The translations under genes and the position numbers were made by a program. From the NCBI GenBank assembly GCA_950097015.1, contig CATNEN010000039.1, positions 1,302,001 to 1,366,000 of the forward strand: a stretch of DNA of 64,000 nucleotides, written 5' to 3'. This DNA comes from Macrostomum hystrix (Eukaryota > Animalia > Platyhelminthes). This document shows positions 55,557 through 64,000 of the stretch, one piece after another (the first letter of the stretch is position 1; each line of letters starts with the position of its first letter). The notes under the pieces are model-generated. The model had not been told where the DNA came from, did not search any database, and saw nothing but the letters and a program-made list of their open reading frames with translations.

Positions 55557-57087
55557 TCACCGCCGGCGCCTCTCGGCCCGCCGGCAGATCCAGGCGGGCG
55601 ATACCAGCGACAGCAGGAAGGCGGGAATGCAGACGCCCAGCAGGGCCAGCGACAGCAGCAGGCAGGCGGCAAGGCAGGCCAGCGTGGCGAGGGTCGGCGC
55701 CAGGGAGAGCAGAGCGTTCGAATGGTTGTTGAGCAGGGTCTGGCCAGTGGGAGGGATGAGAAGGGGTCGAGTGGTCATTTGACTGTAAATATGAACCGAT
55801 ATGAAGGTCATAGCCCCAGTTGTCATTAGGCAGGTCATATCCCCAGTGGTCATCACGCAGGTCATAGCCTCAGTGGTCATTAGGCAGGTCATAGTCCCAG
55901 TGGTCATCAGGCAGAAGCTCCCAACTCCCAGCAGCTCACCAGTAGCGAGCACAGCAGGTGGCTGGCCAAGACGACAGGCAGCAGGCGGAGCCGACCGGTC
56001 TCCAGGCAGGCGAAGGTGACGATGGTCCAGCAGATGTTCAGACAGGAGAACAGCAGTGACAGGCAGGCGGACAACAGCAGGAAGGCCTCGTGCTCGCCAG
56101 CCAGGCCGACAGAGCCGGGGCCGGACACGTCAGCCAGAAGGTTCACCATGGCGAAGGCGCCGGACATGAAGCCGAAGCCCAGGCCGCACACTGCGGGGTG
56201 TCCGGCGAGATTAGGGCGGACACAACCAAACTGATTTCATGTAGGTGCACCGTCTAGAGTGAGCACTAAAGAAATCCCAGCAAATTACCCAGCTCCCAGG
56301 TGGACAGGAAGTCCACAGACAGTCACAGTTCCCACTTCAAAGGAAGTCCGCGGACCAGCTCTGGAAGCACTGAATGAGCTCATATTGTCAACCAGCGGAC
56401 ACTCACCATAGGACAGGGTGCGCAGGTCGAGAATGCGACCGGCCGAACTGCTGCCGGCTTCCTCCGTGAGACCAATTCGATTGGCCCGACACCGCGGCGA
56501 TGTCTCTGCGGCCGGCGCCGGGTGAGCGATGGGGCCGCTAGGAGCATCGGCGACTGTGGCGTCAGCAATAGCGACCGAGTCAGCCGCTGTGGCAGCTGCT
56601 GGCTTCTCGGCCAGAGCGATTTTTTGAAGGCCGGATTCCGCCTTTCTGTAAGACATTTTAACTAAATATTTCAGCAAATTTTCACCCATATTTACTTTCG
56701 CCAGTAGTGTGATGCACCAGTGATCTGCAGGCTGCAGTTTCTCATGAAGCACTCACTTGATCAAGTAGTACAGGGCGACTCTCACCGCCTCCTGGAAAAT
56801 CACCGACACAGTCATGCCGAACGCAAGATGGCCGCGCAGAGGCGCAACAGCGTACCACACTACTGACGACAGTAGTAGCGACAGTAGCCAGAAGAACGAA
56901 CTGGAACCAGTCAAGCACACCTTTGGGCTTGCTATTTTCTACTTTCGAAATTCACAGCTGATCGAACAGCTCACCTGCAGGTCATCACGATAATCTTCAG
57001 CGGATGGCTGGCCACAGTGAAGACAAACATGACCAACACAGGTGAAAATGCCACCAGACTGCAGCCAAAGAATTCCATGAGTGTCAT
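55557..57087 (-). CDS. APH1: Gamma-secretase subunit APH-1 (exons 57087-56975, 56900-56757, 56645-56407, 56190-55940, ~55739-55557)
   Basis: MTLMEFFGCSLVAFSPVLVMFVFTVASHPLKII, SFFWLLSLLLSSVVW, SVIFQEAVR, YVCGLGFGFMSGAFAMVNLLADVSGPGSVG (GxxxG motif), HLLCSLLTLLN. Confidence 0.95.
55806..55911. repeat. 27-bp tandem repeat (4 units) in the last APH1 intron
   Basis: CAGGTCATAGCCCCAGTTGTCATTAGG and variants. Confidence 0.85.
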
Positions 57088-57749
57088 ACTGCAGCTGCTG
57101 CGATGGCTGCGGAATGGGCGGCAAATTGTGCGAACTGTACAAACTCAACTGTACAGTCTAAATAAGTAATGTGGTACTAATTGTAACATATTTCAAGCCC
57201 TAGGCTAAGATTCGAACTTCTGACCTCTTGATCAGCAGTCCAAAAACCCCAACTTCCACAAACGCAACCGGCACGATCGAATTCAGTTGATGGACAGGAA
57301 GGATGCCACACCCACCCTCAATTATCCCTAATTGAGGTGTGGGTGTGACTAATGGTGCTACCCATTAACCAGCTGGACATGATCTTCAAGTCAAAAGGTC
57401 GACACTAGGCAACAACCCCTTGTTGTAGCTATAATCCGTCGTACACTTCCCTGTACAAACACACTCAAATGCACTTTAAAATCCGTATTACATCGATATT
57501 GTCTATAAGATTTTTTATTTTCGTAAGAAGCTCATTAAAAAAATCAACTGATTAACGATGGACACACATTTTTATTACTTACAGTGCAATGCAATTATTG
57601 ACAATCATTTACTCATGTATTTGTAAAGGCAGAAAATGCAGTACAAACAACAGGGTGCACAAAGTGTAACTCAATGTACAAACAAGAGAAGGAAGCAGCA
57701 GCAGCGTTGGTCGATGTCACCGAGAGCTTCCCTGACGTCAAAGCCAGTC

Positions 57750-60700
57750 CTAGTCGGCGCGGCCGCCGCTGAAGCCGCCGGGCCCGGTTCTGTTGGCCAG
57801 CTTGTCGGCTGCGGCCTGCCGCCTTCGCTTAGCCATCGGGTTGCGCGGGTCGTCCAGCTCGTAGCGGTCCGGCGCCGAGGCGAAGGCCGGGTCGGCCGGG
57901 TCCAGCACCCGCTTGCCCGCCGGCGCCGAGTCCGGCTGGAAAACGTGGCTGAACAGGGACGACCTGCCGCTCTCACGGCGCTCGCCCTCGCCATCCTCGC
58001 CATCGCTAGTCGCCATGGCCATGCGGGCGGCGAATTTGGCGAACATTCGCAGCGTCGCCGCTTCTCTCGCCGCCTTGGCGTCATTATCTTCGCCTTTGTC
58101 CTCTTCGCCGACTTCGCCCCGATTTCGGCGACGCTTCTTAGCAACCGCGATAGTCGCTGACGATTTCTCGTCTGCGCTGCTATCGCTGTCGCCTTTGCCA
58201 GCTGATCCCACCGCCGTAGGCTGAAGCTGCGGTGCGGGACCCGCCTTGTGCAGAGCTCGCCGCATCTTGGCCACCTCCTGCTTCAGGCGGGCGAGGCGAT
58301 CGTCGCGGCTTTCGCTCAGGCCACCGCCACCATCGGCTTCGCCGTCAACGTTTTTAGCTGCCGCAGCCGCCAAAGGCGCGTCAGTCGCAGCAGAAGTCGT
58401 GGGTTCGTTGCTCTATAATGCAAAGATTACAGTTGTACAGCCAACAGTTGTCACAGATTACAGCATACAGTTGTCACAGATTACAGCATACAGTTGTCAC
58501 AGATTACAGCCTACAGTTGTCACAGATTACAGCCTACAGTTGTCACAGATTACAGCATACAGTTGTCACAGAAAGCAGTTTTTGGACATTAAAGACGACA
58601 GTTTGCCAATTCAGAACTGCCGAGTGCTCACCGCAACGGGTAGAATAGGCGCAGTCTCCGAGCTCAGTTTGGGATCATTCAACAAATCGTGTGAGCTCAT
58701 AATCTTCTTCCTCTTTCTGCCTCCATCGTCTTCATCTCCAGCTCCCTCGGCCTCTTCGGCTTCGTCGCCAAACGAGAGGAGAGCGAAATTTCTAGTAGCT
58801 TTCGCCTCTGATCGCGTCTTTGTTTTTGCTTTGATCTTGCCGCCCCCGGATTCCTTGGCAGCCGCCTCAGCTGCCTGTCGCCGGCGCTCAAGGAGCTCCA
58901 GCTGCTCGGGGCGCGCTGCCACATCCGGGAACGGATTCTCGATAACGCGTGCCGAGATTATGCGCTGCGGGTTTAGAGGCCGCTCCTGCTGGTCGGTCTC
59001 GCATTCGGCCAGGCGGAGCATGTTGAACAGCGAGTTGCCCACCACCTGCCAATGAGCGGAGTGTCAGGCGGGGATGGTGAAGTCAGGAGTGAATGGAAGA
59101 GTGACAGGCGGAGTGAAGTGAGGAGTGACAGGCGGAGTGAAGTCAGGAGTGACAGGCGGAGTGAAGTGAGGAGTGACAAGCGGGGATGGTGAAGTGAGGA
59201 GTGACAGGCGGGGATGGTGAAGTGAGGAGTGACAGGCGGGGATGGTGAAGTGAGGAGTGACAGGCGGGGATAGTGCAGTGAGGAGTGACAGGAATTGAGT
59301 GAGCAGTAGTGACAGGCAGTGCGTGAGACCAACCTGTCCGAAGATGGTATTGTGCTTCTCCAGCTCAGGTGTTGGACCCAGCGTGAAGAAGAACTGGCTG
59401 GCATTCTGGCCGGGCTGCAGGCAGGCCATGGCCAGAAGGCCGCGCCGGTTGAAGCGAAGCCGCGAGTGCAACTCCAGGCCGAACGGCTTGCCGAAGGCGC
59501 TCTCGCCGCCCTCGCCGGAGCCGGTGGGGTCGCCACCCTGGCGGGCATAATTTTGAAGCTTGTTACTGGTAGAAGCATGGGGATTTCAAGAACTTCTAAA
59601 TATTCTTAACCATGTCCTTTAGCTTATATCCTCATCGAACTAATTTTATACACTGGCTTTCCCTCATACTCTTACCAACTGACCCACATCCTCTTAAAAT
59701 CCTTATCCCACTTGACCCACATCCTCAGCACATTTGATTCTTATCATAGCTGACCCATCCTTATCCCAGCTGACCCTTCCTCATAAAAGCTGACCCATCC
59801 TTATCCCAGCTGACCCATCCTCATCTCAGCTGACCCATCCTCATAAAAGCTGACCCATCCTTATCCCAGCTGACCCATCCTCATCTCAGCTGACCCATCC
59901 TCATAAAAGCTGACCCATCCTTATCCCAGCTGACCCATCCTCATCTGAGCTGACCCATCCTCATAAAAGCTGACCCATCCTTATCCCAGCTGAGCCGTCT
60001 TCATCCCAGCTGACCAACCTCATCTTAGCTGACCCATCCTCATAAAAGCTGACCCATCCTCATCTTAGCTGACCCATCCTCATCCCAGCTGAGACATCCT
60101 CATAAAAGCTGACCCATCCATATCCCAGCTGACCCATCGTCATCTCAGCAGACCCATCCTCATCTCAGCTGACCCATCCTCATCTTAGCTGACCCATCCT
60201 CATCTCAGCTGACCCATCCTCATAAAAGTTGACCCATCCTTATCCCAGCTGACCCATCCTCATCTCAGCTGACCCATCCTCATAAAAGCTGACCCATCCT
60301 CATCTTAGCTGACCCATCCTCATCCCAGCTGAGACATCCTCATAAAAGCTGACCCATCCTTATCCAAGCTGACCCATCCTCATCTCAGCTGACCCATCCT
60401 CATAAAAGCTGACCCATCCTTATCCCAGCTGACCCATCCTCATCTCAGCTGACCCATCCTCATAAAAGCTGACCCATCCTTATCCCAGCTGAGCCGTCTT
60501 CATCCCAGCTGACCAACCTCATCTTAGCTGACCCATCCTCATAAAAGCTGACCCATCCTCATCTTAGCTGACCCATCCACATCCCAGCTGAGACATCCTC
60601 ATAAAAGCTGACCCATCCTTATCCCAGCTGACCCATCGTCATCTCAGCTGACCCATCCTCATAAAAGCTGACCCATCCTCATCTCAGCTGACCCATCCTC

Positions 60701-61425
60701 ATAAAAGCTGACCCATCCTCATAAAAGCTGACCCATCCTTATCCCAGCTGACCCATCCTCATCTCAGCTGACCCATCCTCATAAAAGCTGACCCATCCTC
60801 ATCTCAGCTGACCCATCCTCATCCCAGCTGAGACATCCTCATAAAAGCTGACCCATCCTTATCCCAGCTGACCCATCCTCATCTCAGCTGACCCATCCTC
60901 ATAAAAGCTGACCCATCCTTATCCCAGCTGACCCATCCTCATCTCAGCTGACCCATCCTCATAAAAGCTGACCCATCCTCATCTTAGCTGACCCATCCTC
61001 ATCTCAGCTGACCCATCCTCATAAAAGCTGACCCATCCTTATCCCAGCTGACCCATCCTCATCTTAGCTGACCCATCCTCATCTTAGCTGACCCATCCTC
61101 ATCTTAGCTGACCCATCCTCATCTTAGCTGACCCATCCTCATCTTAGCTGACCCATCCTCATCTTAGCTGACCCATCCTTATCCCAGCTGACCCATCCTC
61201 ATCCCAGCTGACTCCCCGATTCTTAATTCTCACCTGCACAATGAAGTCCTTGACCACTCTGTGGAACACAGTGTCATCGTAGTAGCCCTCCAGGCACAGT
61301 TGGACAAAGTTTCTGCAGGCCTTGGGAGCTTCCTTGGACCAGAGCTCGATGTCCAGGTTGCCCACAGAGGTCTGCAGCAGGACGCGGCCCTTCGTGGGCG
61401 GCTCCAGCACGTAGATTGAGCTCAT
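57750..61425 (-). CDS. CWC27: Spliceosome-associated cyclophilin CWC27 (exons 61425-61234, ~59538-59334, 59045-58633, ~58412-57750)
   Basis: MSSIYVLEPPTKGRVLL...IELWSKEAPKACRNFVQLCLEGYYD...FHRVVKDFIVQ|GGDPTG, ELHSRLRFNRRGL, NFALLSFGDEAEE, SSHDLLNDPKLS, and C-terminal DPRNPMAKRRR. Confidence 0.95.
58426..58572. repeat. 23-bp tandem repeat AGATTACAGCATACAGTTGTCAC in CWC27 intron 3
   Basis: About 6 units. Confidence 0.9.
59055..59320. repeat. Degenerate 24-28-bp tandem repeat (GAGTGACAGGCGGGGATGGTGAAGTGAG) in CWC27 intron 2
   Basis: Fills the intron almost from end to end. Confidence 0.88.
59748..61212. repeat. 20-bp minisatellite AGCTGACCCATCCT(C/T)ATNNN in CWC27 intron 1
   Basis: About 73 units with a recurring 3-unit pattern. 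Confidence 0.96.
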
Positions 61426-61437
61426 GGCGCTGCGGAG

Positions 61438-63960
61438 AAGAACAATGGGATTTGGGATGGAAACGAGCAATAACAGTGGGATTTGGGATGGAAACAAGAG
61501 AACAATGGGATTTAGGTTAGAAATAAGAGAGCAATGGGATTTAGGTTAGAAATAAGAGAACAATGGCATTTAGGTTAGAAATAAGAGAACAATGGGATTT
61601 AGGTTAGAAATAAGAGAACAATGGGATTTAGGTTAGAAATAAGAGAACAATGGGATTTAGGTTAGAAATAAGAGAACAATGGGATTTAGGTTAGAAATAA
61701 GAGAACAATGGCATTTAGGTTAGAAATAAGAGAACAATGGGATTTAGGTTAGAAATAAATAAGAGAACAATGGGATTTAGGTTAGAAATAAGAGAACAAT
61801 GGGATTTAGGTTAGAAATTAGAGAACAATGGGATTTAGGTTAGAAATAAGAGAACAATGGGATTTAGTTTAGAAATAAGAGAACAATGGGATTTAGGTTA
61901 GAAATAAGAGAATAATGGGATTTAGGTTAGAAATTAGAGAACAATGGGATTTAGGTTAGAAATAAGAGAATAATGGGATTTAGGTTAGAAATAAGAGAAT
62001 AATGGGATTTAGGTTAGAAATAAGAGAATAATGGCATTTAGGTTAGAAATACGAGAATAATGGGATTTAGGTTAGAAATAAGAGAACAATGGGATTTAGG
62101 TTAGAAATAAGAGAACAATGAAATTAGTTTAGAAATAAGAGAATAATGGGATTTAGGTTAGAAATAAGAGAACAATGGCATTTAGGTTAGAAATAAGAGA
62201 ACAATGGGATTTAGGTTAGAAATAAGAGAACAATGGCATTTAGGTTAGAAATAAGAGAACAATGGGATTTAGGTTAGAAATAAGAGAACAATGGGATTTA
62301 GTTTAGAAATAAGAGAACAATGGGATTTAGGTTAGAAATAAGAGAACAATGGGATTTAGTTTAGAAATAAGAGAACAATGGGATTTAGGTTAGAAATAAG
62401 AGAACAATGGGATTTAGTTTAGAAATAAGAGAACAATGGGATTTAGGATAGAAATAAGAGAACAATGAAATTAGTTTAGAAATAAGAGAATAATGGGATT
62501 TAGGTTAGAAATAAGAGAACAATGGCATTTAGGTTAGAAATAAGAGAACAATGGGATTTAGGTTAGAAATGAGAGAACAATGGGATTTAGTTTAGAAATA
62601 AGAGAATAATGACATTTAGGTTACAAATAAGAGAATAATGGGATTTAGGTTAGAAATAAGAGAATAATGGGATTTAGGTTAGAAATAAGAGAACAATGGC
62701 ATTTAGGTTAGAAATTAGAGAACAATGGGATTTAGGTTAGAAATAAGAGAACAATGGGATTTAGGTTAGAAATTAGAGAACAATGGGATTTAGTTTAGAA
62801 ATAAGAGAACAATGGGATTTAGGTTAGAAATAAGAGAACAATGGGATTTAGGTTAGAAATAAGAGAACAGTGGGATTTAGGTTAGAAATAAGAGAATAAT
62901 GGGATTTAGGTTAGAAATAAGAGAATAATGGGATTTAGGTTAGAAATAAATAAGAGAACAATGGAATTTAGGTTAGAAATAAGAGAACAATGGGATTTAG
63001 GTTAGAAATAAGAGAACAATGGGATTTAGGTTAGAAATTAGAGAACAATGGGATTTAGGTTAGAAATAAGAGAACAATGGGATTTAGGTTAGAAATTAGA
63101 GAACAATGGGATTTAGTTTAGAAATAAGAGAACAATGGGATTTAGGTTAGAAATAAATAAGAGAACAATGGGATTTAGGTTAGAAATAAGAGAACAATGG
63201 GATTTAGGTTAGAAATAAGAGAACAATGGGATTTAGGTTAGAAATAAATAAGAGAATAATGGGATTTAGGTTAGAAATAAGAGAACAATGGGATTTAGGT
63301 TAGAAATAAGAGAACAGTGGGATTTAGGTTAGAAATAAGAGAATAATGGGATTTAGGTTAGAAATAAGAGAATAATGGGATTTAGGTTAGAAATAAATAA
63401 GAGAACAATGGGATTTAGGTTAGAAATAAGAGAACAATGGGATTTAGGTTAGAAATAAGAGAACAATGGGATTTAGGTTAGAAATTAGAGAACAATGGGA
63501 TTTAGGTTAGAAATAAGAGAACAATGGGATTTAGGTTAGAAATTAGAGAACAATGGGATTTAGTTTAGAAATAAGAGAACAATGGGATTTAGGTTAGAAA
63601 TAAATAAGAGAACAATGGGATTTAGGTTAGAAATAAGAGAACAATGGGATTTAGGTTAGAAATAAGAGAACAATGGGATTTAGGTTAGAAATAAATAAGA
63701 GAATAATGGGATTTAGGTTAGAAATAAGAGAACAATGGGATTTAGGTTAGAAATAAGAGAACAATGGGATTTAGGTTAGAAATAAGAGAACAATGGGATT
63801 TAGGTTAGAAATAAGAGAATAATGGGATTTAGGTTAGAAATAAGAGAACAATGGGATTTAGGTTAGAAATAAGAGAACAATGGGATTTAGGTTAGAAATA
63901 AATAAGAGAACAATGGGATTTAGGTTAGAAATAAGAGAACAATGGGATTTAGGTTAGAAA
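61438..63960. repeat. 29-bp minisatellite AACAATGGGATTTAGGTTAGAAATAAGAG immediately upstream of the CWC27 ATG
   Basis: About 85 units over 2.5 kb. Confidence 0.97.
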
Positions 63961-64000
63961 TGTAATGAGGGATCTACATTAGAAATGAGATATTATTGGG

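Noticed and set aside
61438-63960. Telomeric repeat (TTAGG-like)
   Set aside because: TTTAGGTTAG is only part of a 29-bp unit and unique sequence resumes after 63960.

Overview
Eukaryotic (metazoan) genomic DNA with GT-AG introns, GC-rich and Ala-rich exons, AT-rich promoter islands and very dense locus-specific minisatellites. This style resembles the free-living flatworm Macrostomum, but the organism is an inference and was not verified. Protein genes read by hand from splice sites and the ORF track: a divergent dynein heavy chain (DNHD1-like, minus strand, running off the left edge), SSNA1, UBXN10-like, a small single-TM protein, a PH-domain protein, mitochondrial acyl carrier protein NDUFAB1, IFT172, gamma-secretase APH1 and spliceosomal cyclophilin CWC27. 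Elements the ORF track does not show: two intronic box C/D snoRNAs (SNORD41/snR51-type guide to 28S rRNA) in an apparent snoRNA host transcript with a 33-codon sORF just downstream of NDUFAB1; a frameshifted full-length mariner; three 8-bp-TSD DNA transposon derivatives (two hAT, one Merlin) in one intron; and tRNA-derived SINEs. About 24 tandem arrays each have their own unit, and many grade directly into a splice site or stop codon. Most long repetitive ORFs in the track are artefacts of these arrays. Exon coordinates marked ~ are approximate.
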